Virus record (IMG/VR): IMGVR_UViG_3300025652_000110
Location: 1-52,134 of that record
Strand: one strand, 5' to 3'
DNA length: 52,134 bases
From: a virus
Lineage: Duplodnaviria > Caudoviricetes
Made by a program: the position numbers and the translations under genes. Under the pieces are notes generated by a model that ran no database searches, was not told the DNA's origin, and was given only the letters and a program-made list of their open reading frames with translations. This document shows positions 1 through 9,514 of this stretch, in pieces (positions within the stretch are counted from its first letter, which is position 1; each line of letters opens with the position of its first letter).

Positions 1-573
1 AGGATACAAAAAGTAGTGCCACTGCCTTATACGCCAATAGAAAATATAGGTGATGGTAGTATAGCTACTACAGGTACAGGTACTGTAGAGGACGCAACTG
101 TTCTTTATATGTATCGTTGGGATGGTTGTCGTAATCCACAAAATGATGAGAACTGTCCGGGTTATGTACCGCCTATGCCAGTAATACCTAAGATAGATAT
201 ATACGATGCATTAGAAGATGACGCAGTAGATGATGCTACTGAAGAAACTGATAGTGAGTTGTATGAAAAAGAACAAGACGAAGATAGTGAGCAAAGAGAC
301 AAAGATGAAGAAGATGAAGATCGCTTAGAATTAGCGATGGCTGCAAGTGAAAATGCTCTTACAATAGCTAATACAGCAACACAAGGATCGCTTTTAAAAA
401 CAATGAATTCAGCTACTAATGTAAATTCTTATTACACTGCAAACATATCTGGTGGAGTATATCTAGACAATACTACATTACAGGGTGGAAAAATAGTTGA
501 TAATAAAAAAGCTTTTAGAAGTTTATCACAAGACAAACTACACAATACAATGATAGAGGAGCAATATCAATGA
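1..573 (+). CDS. 5'-truncated acidic hypothetical protein, first gene of a secreted-protein cassette
   Basis: Frame is open from position 1; Cys pair (C-x8-C), D/E-rich tract; stop overlaps the next start (ATGA). Confidence 0.7.
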   Translation, partial: RIQKVVPLPYTPIENIGDGSIATTGTGTVEDATVLYMYRWDGCRNPQNDENCPGYVPPMPVIPKIDIYDALEDDAVDDATEETDSELYEKEQDEDSEQRDKDEEDEDRLELAMAASENALTIANTATQGSLLKTMNSATNVNSYYTANISGGVYLDNTTLQGGKIVDNKKAFRSLSQDKLHNTMIEEQYQ

Positions 574-1094
574 ACAAATTAATTACTATGGCTTTAGTAT
601 TTGCATTAGCAGGATGCTCGTTACTAATGCCTAAAGAAGCAGCTGCGGATAACATCGACATTACGGGAACGGTACAAAGCAGATGTATAGTTAACACAGA
701 CACAGCAGGAGTATACGGAAACCCTAATGCTTATACACTAACTACTCTGCCAGCTAGTAACGGACAAGTACCTATTGTGCGTATAGACGTATCACTAGCT
801 GATGCTTATAATGCAGAAATTAGTTACCCTACATCTTTTAGTTCTAGCCCTAGCTTATCAGATACAGTAGCTTGGACAGGAGCAGTAGCAACGGGTCAAA
901 CATCTGTTTCTGGAATGAGTGCGTATCAAGCTGCAAGTACAACAACTGGTGCTAAACGAACTTACGCTTTAACACTAGCGGGAACAACTTGGTTTACTGT
1001 AGAATCTACAGCCACATATGGTGGCGGAGGAAACAAAGCATTTCCGGGTGGATCATATAAAGCTGTGGTACTAGCAGAATGTATCGCTCAATAA
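570..1094 (+). CDS. Secreted beta-rich protein, fimbrial/Csu (spore coat U)-pilin-like
   Basis: Signal peptide, N-terminal ITGTVQSRC and C-terminal GSYKAVV strand pattern, Thr/Ala/Ser-rich. Confidence 0.5.
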   Translation: MNKLITMALVFALAGCSLLMPKEAAADNIDITGTVQSRCIVNTDTAGVYGNPNAYTLTTLPASNGQVPIVRIDVSLADAYNAEISYPTSFSSSPSLSDTVAWTGAVATGQTSVSGMSAYQAASTTTGAKRTYALTLAGTTWFTVESTATYGGGGNKAFPGGSYKAVVLAECIAQ

Positions 1095-1450
1095 TATTAA
1101 TAGCGTTATTGTGTACTAATGCAGTAGCGCATGAAATGACACCTACATATCCTAAGTGGAAGATTACTGCACATGACGGTATATACAAAACTACAATGGA
1201 GATGTTTAACAAACGATCAGATGTTAAGTGGTACGAGATTGGTGTGTTTGATGATGAATGGGAACCAATAAATTTTGTAACAAATTACAAAATCTTTAAA
1301 TTAGAATACCTAGGAAACAGTAAGTTTGATGTTTATGTTAGCGCAAAAGATAGAGATAGAGTGGAATACATATGCTCTAAATCTAAACTTAGGGGCGTTG
1401 GCAATGACAGACCTATGGTAGAATCTAGAATATGCTCGAGGTTTAAATGA
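1079..1450 (+). CDS. Secreted protein, possibly PapD-like Ig fold
   Basis: Signal peptide ending AVA, then HEMTPTY...MFN...YEIGVFD; two C-terminal Cys. Confidence 0.4.
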   Translation: MYRSIILIALLCTNAVAHEMTPTYPKWKITAHDGIYKTTMEMFNKRSDVKWYEIGVFDDEWEPINFVTNYKIFKLEYLGNSKFDVYVSAKDRDRVEYICSKSKLRGVGNDRPMVESRICSRFK

Positions 1451-1872
1451 AACTACGCCACACTATATTATTATTTATACTTAGCTGTACACAAGTTATA
1501 GCTGAAAGTAACTCAATGTCTTTTTCTTTGCCAAGCGCAAGCATAAGCAGTGGAACAGATAAAATTCGAGCGGGCGATTTAGACTGCTCTAATAGTATAG
1601 GTGGCAGCACAAACTTTGAGATGGGATTTACCGGCGTCATTAATAATGCGACTATGCCGATCATTGGAAAGCCAGATGATAATAATCCTCAATCCAAAGA
1701 TATAGGAATATATGCTCGTATTATTATTCCTTTAGATGGTCCAAGTGAACGTATTAACTGTAACACATTGTATCAACTAGAGCTACAGCGTAGACGCTTA
1801 GAAGTAGAGAAGCTTAGAGCTGAAATTGAAATGTTAAAATCATTACAAGGTAATGGGGAGTTTGATAACTGA
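1447..1872 (+). CDS. Secreted hypothetical protein with C-terminal coiled coil
   Basis: Signal peptide, Cys pair, LELQRRRLEVEKLRAEIEML coil. Confidence 0.65.
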   Translation: MKLRHTILLFILSCTQVIAESNSMSFSLPSASISSGTDKIRAGDLDCSNSIGGSTNFEMGFTGVINNATMPIIGKPDDNNPQSKDIGIYARIIIPLDGPSERINCNTLYQLELQRRRLEVEKLRAEIEMLKSLQGNGEFDN

Positions 1873-2339
1873 TGGATGATTTAGAAAACAAAATTAAACA
1901 GGTTGAAGACTTACCTAACAAACAAATAAAAGTAAAAGGATTTAAGTTTAGTGGTGCTAGTATTATGGCATTGTTTGCTTTAATCTCAACAATACTTGGA
2001 TCGTTGTATGGTGGTTTTCTTCTTTATCAGAAAGTAGAAGCATTAGCTTCGTTAGATTTAGGCGACATCAGTTCGTCTATGGCTAAGACTTCTGCTGAGG
2101 TATTACGTATTGAACAACATGCCAATTCAATTAAGATAGAGTTAAAGAAAGACATGACTGATTTAAGAAATAGTCAATGGAATTTAGAATCAAAAGTAGA
2201 TGGCAAGCTACAATCAGTAGATACTAAGCTTACTAATTATGATACTAAATTAGATAGATTTGAAATAAAAGTAGAAAAGACAAAAACAGATATGGAAAAA
2301 CGTATTCAAGAGTCTTTAGATAACCCGTTAGCTAACTAG
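1872..2339 (+). CDS. Membrane-anchored coiled-coil protein
   Basis: One TM helix followed by a long heptad region. Confidence 0.65.
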   Translation: MDDLENKIKQVEDLPNKQIKVKGFKFSGASIMALFALISTILGSLYGGFLLYQKVEALASLDLGDISSSMAKTSAEVLRIEQHANSIKIELKKDMTDLRNSQWNLESKVDGKLQSVDTKLTNYDTKLDRFEIKVEKTKTDMEKRIQESLDNPLAN

Positions 2340-2348
2340 GAGATCACT

Positions 2349-2384
2349 ATGCCATACAAAGGTAAAGGTAAAAAAGGTAAATAA
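2349..2384 (+). CDS. 11-aa basic micropeptide MPYKGKGKKGK
   Basis: AGGAG RBS upstream; TAATG overlap with the next gene; not in the ORF track. Confidence 0.5.
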   Translation: MPYKGKGKKGK

Positions 2385-2590
2385 TGCCAGAAGATAAAAG
2401 AATCCAACTACAACTAGACAAACATGCTTCACAAATTGCTAAGTTGTTTAGCAAGATCGATGATACTAACGATAAGATACAAAAGATATTTAATATGTTA
2501 AACCAAATTAGATATTTTATATATGGTGGGTTTGCCTACTTTATAGCATCTGAAGTTGGTATGTTTAATTTATTAAAGTTAGTAGCATGA
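2384..2590 (+). CDS. Small coiled-coil plus TM protein (XhlA/holin-accessory-like)
   Basis: N-terminal heptads, C-terminal hydrophobic segment. Confidence 0.5.
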   Translation: MPEDKRIQLQLDKHASQIAKLFSKIDDTNDKIQKIFNMLNQIRYFIYGGFAYFIASEVGMFNLLKLVA

Positions 2591-2603
2591 TAGGAGAAGA
2601 AAG

Positions 2604-3041
2604 ATGATAGGACTATTAACCAACATAGCACCAATAGCCTTAGGTTTTATTGGTAAGTTGTTTGCACTTAAGAGTCAAGCAGCACAAGAAAATCAAAAAT
2701 TAATGATGCAGCAATTTGCAGTCAGAGATAAATCAATTAATGATGCAAGAGATAGGGCAGATAAAGAAAGCCCAATGGCAGCACTTAACAGACGAGTAAT
2801 CATATTTGTAATATTGTCTTTGATTATTTTTACACAAGTAGCTCCAGTATTCTTTAATGTGCCTACTGTAATACCAACAGTAATTGAAGGCGCAAGTTTA
2901 CTTGGTTTTGAACTTACACCAGACACAGTAGAATATGTAACTGTGCAAGCCGGTGCAGTTTTAAAGTTCGATGAAGTATTTGCTTGGGCAACTATGATTA
3001 TCGAGTTTTATTTTGGAGCGCAATTAGCAAAGGGGAAGTAA
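2604..3041 (+). CDS. Putative holin-like membrane protein
   Basis: 2-3 hydrophobic segments, C-terminal IIEFYFG, good RBS. Confidence 0.45.
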   Translation: MIGLLTNIAPIALGFIGKLFALKSQAAQENQKLMMQQFAVRDKSINDARDRADKESPMAALNRRVIIFVILSLIIFTQVAPVFFNVPTVIPTVIEGASLLGFELTPDTVEYVTVQAGAVLKFDEVFAWATMIIEFYFGAQLAKGK

Positions 3042-3042
3042 T

Positions 3043-4626
3043 ATGCCTTACCAAACAAGTCCAGAGATTGATTTCTCGTCAATTGGTTTAATGGTCGATG
3101 TACCAGCAAATCAAATACCTCAAGGAGGTTGGAGTGATTCTTTGAACGTTAGACCTAGAAACGGATCGGTGCAGGGTGTTAATGCTTTTGCTAATGATAT
3201 ATTGTTGCATCATTCAGATTCTAATATTGCTAATGGAGAAGCTAAAGCAATATGTCAATTTACTCCAGCAGGTGGCGATAATTTAATTATAGCTTATATT
3301 GTTAAAGGGGCAACTAGCGGAGAAGGTTCTGTTATATTGTATAACCCAGATGGGGCTAATAATGCTGCTAAATGGAATGATATTACAAACTCTGTAGCAG
3401 TTAATAAATTTACATTTAACGATGATTATCCACCGCAAATATTTGTGTTTAATCAATTACTTATTGTTAATCCGGGAACAGACGCTCCCCCACAATTTAC
3501 TGATGCTAAAGTAGGTGCAGGTAGTTTAGCGCCTATTCCAAATTGGTTAACAGATAGCAGTAGCTCTCCTATAATATGTAGAATACTTAGACCTTATAAT
3601 CAACGCTTAATTGCTATGAGTATAAAAGAAGAACATGGCGTTGGAGGTGCTGGAACAGCTGATGACGCTGATGATGATGTTTATCAACCTATTGATTTAT
3701 TATTTTCTTCACACATTACAACAACAGCTTCTTTAGCTGCTGTACAATGGACAGCTTCTACTACTAATACAGCAGGCGATGCTTTTCTTAATGCAACACC
3801 CGGTAAAATATTAGATGGTGGTCAGTTAGGAGAATTCTTTATTGCTTATAAAACTGACAGTGTAGTTAGAATAAGAGAAACAGGAGATACAAATATATTG
3901 GCAATTGAAAGCATATTTGAAGACGATGGTATATACTCAACCAGATGTTTTGCTAACATAGGTAATTCTCAACATTTAGTTGTAGGTAACTATGGTATTT
4001 ATATTCACGATGGTCAATCGCAAAAACAAGATATAGCTAAAGATTTATTTAAAGATACAATGTATGCGTTAGTGAAAACAACAGAGCGCAATAGGACATT
4101 TGTATTTCAACAAACTAGAGATAAAGAAGTTTGGCTTTGTCTTCCAACCACAAGTAATAGCACTACAGGTTGTGACTTAGCTTTTGTATATGATTATAGT
4201 TCAGGTAAGATTCATAAAAGAACTTTGCCGGGAATTACAGATTTGTTTGAAACAGAACTTGATGGTGAACTTAAAATATATGGTACTAAGTCTGGAACAA
4301 CATTACAGACTTTATCTAATACTATATTAGAGTCTGGTGGTTACTTTGAAAGAATAAACGATAATTTAACAGACAATGGTAAAGTTAAACACATTAACAG
4401 AATAGAAATTAATGCTGTTGGAAGTTGTTTAGTAGCTTTAACTGGTACACAAAATTTAAGTGATTCTAAATCTTATACTAATGTTGCTTTTAATCCAACA
4501 ACAGATCATAAGATAGATGTAAGGGCTTCGGGTCGTTACATGAATCTTAAGGTAACTATGAATGGAGCAACTAATCCTGAACTATCAAAACTTCAATTTG
4601 ATATAAAGATAATGGGAGTTAGGTAA
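3043..4626 (+). CDS. Tail nozzle / DNA stabilization protein (P22 gp10 / T7 gp12-like)
   Basis: Beta-propeller-like composition, C-terminal IDVRASGRYMNLK, position before ejection genes. Confidence 0.7.
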   Translation: MPYQTSPEIDFSSIGLMVDVPANQIPQGGWSDSLNVRPRNGSVQGVNAFANDILLHHSDSNIANGEAKAICQFTPAGGDNLIIAYIVKGATSGEGSVILYNPDGANNAAKWNDITNSVAVNKFTFNDDYPPQIFVFNQLLIVNPGTDAPPQFTDAKVGAGSLAPIPNWLTDSSSSPIICRILRPYNQRLIAMSIKEEHGVGGAGTADDADDDVYQPIDLLFSSHITTTASLAAVQWTASTTNTAGDAFLNATPGKILDGGQLGEFFIAYKTDSVVRIRETGDTNILAIESIFEDDGIYSTRCFANIGNSQHLVVGNYGIYIHDGQSQKQDIAKDLFKDTMYALVKTTERNRTFVFQQTRDKEVWLCLPTTSNSTTGCDLAFVYDYSSGKIHKRTLPGITDLFETELDGELKIYGTKSGTTLQTLSNTILESGGYFERINDNLTDNGKVKHINRIEINAVGSCLVALTGTQNLSDSKSYTNVAFNPTTDHKIDVRASGRYMNLKVTMNGATNPELSKLQFDIKIMGVR

Positions 4627-5840
4627 TGGCTAGCAAATACAAAACTTTAGGTCCCGGCTCTATGAAGCCCTCAAAATTAATAGACAGAGGTGGGTCAAAT
4701 ATAATGAGACCTATGCCTTCTGTAATGCCTGATTTACCTTCTAAAGAAATAGAAAAAAGATTATTTAAATTAGAAAAAAATACAGATACTAGTAATCAAT
4801 TAATTGAAAAAGTTGGTGATCAATATCAATATGCAAAAGAATTTGTTTATCTTGCTTATGCTTCTGCTTTATCTAATTTATCTAATGGCTCTATAACAAA
4901 CCAAAGTGATGCTACTGATTTTCAATTTAGTCCTTTTAGTGATTCTGGTACTTTAATGCCATACAGAGGTTTTTTTACTAATAAATCTATTTATCAGTCA
5001 GGAGACCCAACAGATTACACTTGGCAAAGTACCTCAGGTATGGTTGGTTATACTGCTTCTGAAAGATACTTCACAAGTTCTACAAAGAGATTAGAGGAAT
5101 TAGGCAACCCAACTAAACCCGGAACAGGTGTTACATGGACAGCAATAAATTCTGGAGCAGGAATTCCAGGAGCTGCAATATGGTTTGCAGAAAGATTTAA
5201 AATTAATTCTGTATGGGCTAATTGGTCTATTACTGCTGTAGGCCCATGGGTTGGAAGTGACTTTTTAGTTGATGGTGCTATTATAGAAGCTAAGATAGCT
5301 ACAAATGCTATTACTACTGCTAAGATTTTAAATGACGCTATTGATAATGATAAGATTGCAGCTAACGCTGTTAATACTAATCAAATTGCAGCTGATGCTA
5401 TTGTAGCTAATAAAATACTTGCAGGAGAAATAGGTGCAAACCATATAGCTGCTAATGCTATAACGGCAGGTAAAATAAACACCGATGCTGTAACAGCTGG
5501 TACAATAGCAGCAGGGGCTGTAACTGCTGTTAAGATAGATACAGACGCTGTAACAGCAAATAAAATAGCAGCAGGAACTATAACAGGTAATAAAATTAGC
5601 TCTTCTACTAAAATTACAGCCGGTACTGGAAACAATGTTGGTGTTCTTGATGGTGCAGATTCTACTTATAGAATATACGCTGGTCATGCTACACCTGCTT
5701 CAGCTCCATTCAGAGTTAAACAAGACGGCACTGTTATTATTGAATCAGCTTCTTCTGGTAGTAGATTAGTATTAGAAGATGATACTATTAAAGTTTATAA
5801 TAATTCTACTCTTAGAGTTAAACTGGGGAACTTAGCGTGA
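4626..5840 (+). CDS. Tail needle/central fibre with 10-aa repeats and GpJ-like C-terminus
   Basis: Repeats of the IAANAITAGK type; C-terminus IKVYNNSTLRVKLGNL. Confidence 0.6.
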   Translation: MASKYKTLGPGSMKPSKLIDRGGSNIMRPMPSVMPDLPSKEIEKRLFKLEKNTDTSNQLIEKVGDQYQYAKEFVYLAYASALSNLSNGSITNQSDATDFQFSPFSDSGTLMPYRGFFTNKSIYQSGDPTDYTWQSTSGMVGYTASERYFTSSTKRLEELGNPTKPGTGVTWTAINSGAGIPGAAIWFAERFKINSVWANWSITAVGPWVGSDFLVDGAIIEAKIATNAITTAKILNDAIDNDKIAANAVNTNQIAADAIVANKILAGEIGANHIAANAITAGKINTDAVTAGTIAAGAVTAVKIDTDAVTANKIAAGTITGNKISSSTKITAGTGNNVGVLDGADSTYRIYAGHATPASAPFRVKQDGTVIIESASSGSRLVLEDDTIKVYNNSTLRVKLGNLA

Positions 5841-6142
5841 GTTATGGTCTTAATGTTTATAAAGCAAACGGTTCACTAGGTTTTTCTACAGCAGATGTTA
5901 CTTGGCAAACAGTAGCTCAATTTACTGTTGCAGCTAATGCCACTGTTTCAAATACTTATTCAGAAGCTGCAGGAATGACTGTGATAGCCCAAAGACAATT
6001 AGTTAATGTACCACCATCTTCTCAAGAAGATTACGCACCTAATGTTACTGTTTCAAATAATTCACAAACAATTACTGTAGCACCTCAATCGGGATTATCT
6101 TCTTCAGAATGTATAATACATGTACTAGCACAAGACACATAG
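5837..6142 (+). CDS. Small tail-tip protein
   Basis: MSYGLNVYKANG start typical of genes following central fibres; GTGA overlap. Confidence 0.5.
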   Translation: MSYGLNVYKANGSLGFSTADVTWQTVAQFTVAANATVSNTYSEAAGMTVIAQRQLVNVPPSSQEDYAPNVTVSNNSQTITVAPQSGLSSSECIIHVLAQDT

Positions 6143-6151
6143 GATTTAATT

Positions 6152-7108
6152 ATGGCTTACGGATTTGAAGCAAAAAATGATTCAGGAAAAGTAATTATAA
6201 ATGATACTATAGAAAATTTGCACTTTATAGGAAAAGCAACACACGATAGTCAATATACTGGATATAATGATTTTCCAACTTACAGTGGCGCTAACGATAC
6301 ATTAGACGGTAATACTATTTGTTATTACACTATAACTTGTTCAGGAACTCCAGTGCCTTTTATAAAACCCTCTGACTATTCTAGATGGGCAGCAGTTATA
6401 AAACAATCTGTAAGTGGAACAACTTGGACATTTCATGTAATGTGTAGTGGAGAGGACACATCTAACATGCCTCAAATTTATTGTTTTGTTAACGCAGATG
6501 ATATAGCTATACCTTCAGGTGAAACACATGGAATGATTGTTTTTAAAGCTGATGGTTCTACAAAAACATTTGACAGTAGAAGACAACCATTAGCTATTAC
6601 AGGTGGTGGGAATGCTTTACCTCCTGTTGATCCAACGAATTCTTCTGGATTGCCCGGAGTTACAAACAACGCAGCTTGGCAATCTTCTACTTTAGACCAT
6701 GATTTTAGAAGTGGTAATCAATACACTGCTTATTCTGACTCAAATATAAACACATCTAACACTATGTTTTCTTGCCCTTCAATAGCTCAAGCTGTATACA
6801 GCAGAGTAATAAATGGATATAAATCTTCTAATATACCTTGGTATAGAGGTGGTGGTACCCAAGAACACTGGTCAACAGCTTGGTGGTGGGTAATGTACAG
6901 AAGTGCATTTAGAATAAGAAGCGGATACTTTGATGCTGGATGGAATGTTTATCAAGCCGGTTATTGGTATGATGAGCATTATGAATCAGGCGGTTGGTTT
7001 GGTGGAGGAAGTGGGGGCTATACTGCTGGTAACAGACCTTATGATAATAAAACTATTAATCGACAAACTAACGCTTATATTATTGCAAATTCTTCGAGGT
7101 ATGACTAA
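6152..7108 (+). CDS. Tail-tip / receptor-binding candidate
   Basis: MAYGFEAKNDSG start, internal HGMIVFKADGSTKTFDS repeat, Trp/Tyr/Gly-rich C-terminus. Confidence 0.5.
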   Translation: MAYGFEAKNDSGKVIINDTIENLHFIGKATHDSQYTGYNDFPTYSGANDTLDGNTICYYTITCSGTPVPFIKPSDYSRWAAVIKQSVSGTTWTFHVMCSGEDTSNMPQIYCFVNADDIAIPSGETHGMIVFKADGSTKTFDSRRQPLAITGGGNALPPVDPTNSSGLPGVTNNAAWQSSTLDHDFRSGNQYTAYSDSNINTSNTMFSCPSIAQAVYSRVINGYKSSNIPWYRGGGTQEHWSTAWWWVMYRSAFRIRSGYFDAGWNVYQAGYWYDEHYESGGWFGGGSGGYTAGNRPYDNKTINRQTNAYIIANSSRYD

Positions 7109-7719
7109 TGGCAGATCCAATCGTTGCTCAATGGGGAAAATCTTATTATAACCTAGGACAAGTATTTGAACAAGGTACTCTTTCAGCAACAGAACCAGAT
7201 TATATTAGTGAATTTAAAAGCACTACTGATACTCAAACTATTACATACAGAGGTAATAGGATTGATTCTAATACTAGAGGAGACCCTTTATTTAGATGGG
7301 AAGCTGTTATAACAGAAGGTGAGACTACTAAAATTAAACAATATGAATCTTCTAAACAATATAGAACCCTTATATGTCATCTTACTACTGGAAGCGATTA
7401 TCATGAAGATTTTGATTTATGCCCTTCTGTAAATATATGGATGGCTCGAAGTTGGTTAGAAGATGAGGAAGAACTTTATTTTTATTTAGAAGGTTCTAAT
7501 ATGCTTGAATCAGTTGCAACTTATTATAATCTTCCTGAGCCTTGTGATTCAGATATGAAAGCTAGAGTTGAATCAAACCCTGAAGAATTTAGGTTAAGGC
7601 ATCAAGATATAAATCAAACAGGTTCAAGAGATGTTCCTGTAGTAGTTGCAAGTATAGTGTTTAAAGATAATGTAGCGACAATGTTTAAACTTTATGAGAT
7701 AACTCGATGGGACGAGTAA
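7108..7719 (+). CDS. Hypothetical protein
   Basis: 203-aa ORF coupled to both neighbours. Confidence 0.7.
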   Translation: MADPIVAQWGKSYYNLGQVFEQGTLSATEPDYISEFKSTTDTQTITYRGNRIDSNTRGDPLFRWEAVITEGETTKIKQYESSKQYRTLICHLTTGSDYHEDFDLCPSVNIWMARSWLEDEEELYFYLEGSNMLESVATYYNLPEPCDSDMKARVESNPEEFRLRHQDINQTGSRDVPVVVASIVFKDNVATMFKLYEITRWDE

Positions 7720-8378
7720 AGATATTTATAGGATATGATCCAGTAGAAGCAATAGCTTTTCATACTTTAGCTCAATCTATTATGAATAAAGCTACTGTAC
7801 CTTTTGAGATTATACCGTTAGATATTAGAAACCTTCCTATGTATACAAGACCAGTAGATCCTAAACAGTCTAATGAGTTTTCATTTACTAGGTTTTTAGT
7901 ACCTTACTTATCTGAATACAAAGGTATATCAATATACTTTGACTGTGACATGATGTTAAGAACAGATATTGCAGAAGTATTACAAGAAGTAAATGATAAA
8001 CCAGTTTATTTAGTTAAACATGATTATATTCCAAAAGATAAATACAAATATATGGGAACTAAACAATACAATTATCCAAGAAAGAACTGGTCATCATTTG
8101 TTGTTTGGAATTGTGGTCATGACTCTAACAAAATAGTTACAGATAGTTTTGTTAATACTGCTAGTGCAGCAGAGTTACATCAGTTTAAATTTCTTAAAGA
8201 TAATGAGATTGGTGAGCTAGATGTTTGTTGGAATTGGTTGGTTGGTGAATATAATAATCCACCAGATGATGTTAAAAATGTACATTGGACTATAGGTGGA
8301 CCATGGTTTACAAAGTACAAAGATGTAGATTTTGCAGATGAATGGTTACAATTAAAAGGTGGAATGAGTAATGTATGA
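7707..8378 (+). CDS. Glycosyltransferase, GT-A fold (GT8-like)
   Basis: IFIGYD, FSFTRFLVP, DxD (DCD), YPRKNWSS, HWTxGGPW motifs. Confidence 0.85.
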   Translation: MGRVKIFIGYDPVEAIAFHTLAQSIMNKATVPFEIIPLDIRNLPMYTRPVDPKQSNEFSFTRFLVPYLSEYKGISIYFDCDMMLRTDIAEVLQEVNDKPVYLVKHDYIPKDKYKYMGTKQYNYPRKNWSSFVVWNCGHDSNKIVTDSFVNTASAAELHQFKFLKDNEIGELDVCWNWLVGEYNNPPDDVKNVHWTIGGPWFTKYKDVDFADEWLQLKGGMSNV

Positions 8379-8811
8379 GATAAAGCAGATTGTTGGAGAA
8401 GATGTTCTCACGAGATACAATGAAATTAAAATAGGAATTGATAAAGCTTTGGACCATTCAAGTGGTGAATGGACTACAGCTGAAATAATTCAACATGTTA
8501 TAGCAGAACCACATTTATTTCAAGTGTGGGAAGTACTAAAAGATAACAAAGCTATAGCATTTAGTACAACACGAGTATTACAATATGAACACTTTCAAGC
8601 GTTACATATTATAACTTTAGGTGGATCAGATATATATACTGAGATTCCTACTTTAATTACTGTGTTTGAAGATATGATTAAGGAGCACGAGAGCATAGAT
8701 GCTCTTGAGTATACAGGCCGTAGAGGTTTTGTAAAACAATTAACTACGGTAGGGTGGATAGAAAAATACACCACAATGCGTAAAAGTCTAAAGGAGAATT
8801 TTGATGTCTAA
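8371..8811 (+). CDS. GNAT-fold virion assembly protein (T7 gp13 position)
   Basis: LHIITLGG...YTGRRGF pattern; directly before the ejection genes. Confidence 0.5.
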   Translation: MYEIKQIVGEDVLTRYNEIKIGIDKALDHSSGEWTTAEIIQHVIAEPHLFQVWEVLKDNKAIAFSTTRVLQYEHFQALHIITLGGSDIYTEIPTLITVFEDMIKEHESIDALEYTGRRGFVKQLTTVGWIEKYTTMRKSLKENFDV

Positions 8812-9514
8812 GATTAAAATCTATGATGGTGTTGTTATTGACATGGCAACAAGCAAGATAGTAGAACAAGGAGATATTAGTTATGTTGACTCTGATCAAG
8901 TTGCATATACGAAAGGTGGTGATAAAACCCAAGTAACAAATACTGGTGTTGCTTCTGAATTTAAACCTCAGATAACGGGAATGCTTAATACTGCCTCAGA
9001 TTTGTATGGATCAGGAAAACTTGGCGCTGTTGCAGGATTCACTCCTGAACAACTAGCGGCCCAACAACAAGCTAAAGTATTAGCCGGCAATCAAATAGGT
9101 TTAGAGGGCGATCTCGCTACTCTAGCAAAGCAACCTGTTAATTTGTCTGGTATGAGAACAGCTGCAACTCAACAAGCACAACAAGCCTTAGGCTTAAATG
9201 CAATGGGCGCAGGTCGAGCTGGTGGTTTAGGTGGATCAAGACAGTACTTAAATCAAACAGGTATTCAAAACGATCTTGCTGCTAAATTTGCCGGCATTGA
9301 CTTGCAGCAACAACAAGCTCAATTTGGTAACATGCAGAATGCATTAGCCGCTCAAGGTGGTGGTGCTAAGACATTGTCACAACTTGGAGCTGCTACACAA
9401 CAGCAAGCTCAGAATGAAGCTGACTCTGCTTATAAAGGTTTACAACAGTACGCTAGTGTATTTGGTACTGCAGCACCTAAAACTACAACAACGACTTCTT
9501 CTGGAGGTAAATAA
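8804..9514 (+). CDS. Ejection / DNA pilot protein
   Basis: Gln/Ala/Gly-rich, VAGFTPEQ and AGGLGGSRQ motifs, no Cys seen. Confidence 0.65.
   Translation: MSKIKIYDGVVIDMATSKIVEQGDISYVDSDQVAYTKGGDKTQVTNTGVASEFKPQITGMLNTASDLYGSGKLGAVAGFTPEQLAAQQQAKVLAGNQIGLEGDLATLAKQPVNLSGMRTAATQQAQQALGLNAMGAGRAGGLGGSRQYLNQTGIQNDLAAKFAGIDLQQQQAQFGNMQNALAAQGGGAKTLSQLGAATQQQAQNEADSAYKGLQQYASVFGTAAPKTTTTTSSGGK

Noticed and set aside
5328-5687. Antisense ORFs over repeat-rich genes (also 46289-47017 and 50296-50997)
   Set aside because: Shadow frames of low-complexity coding sequence, with no RBS
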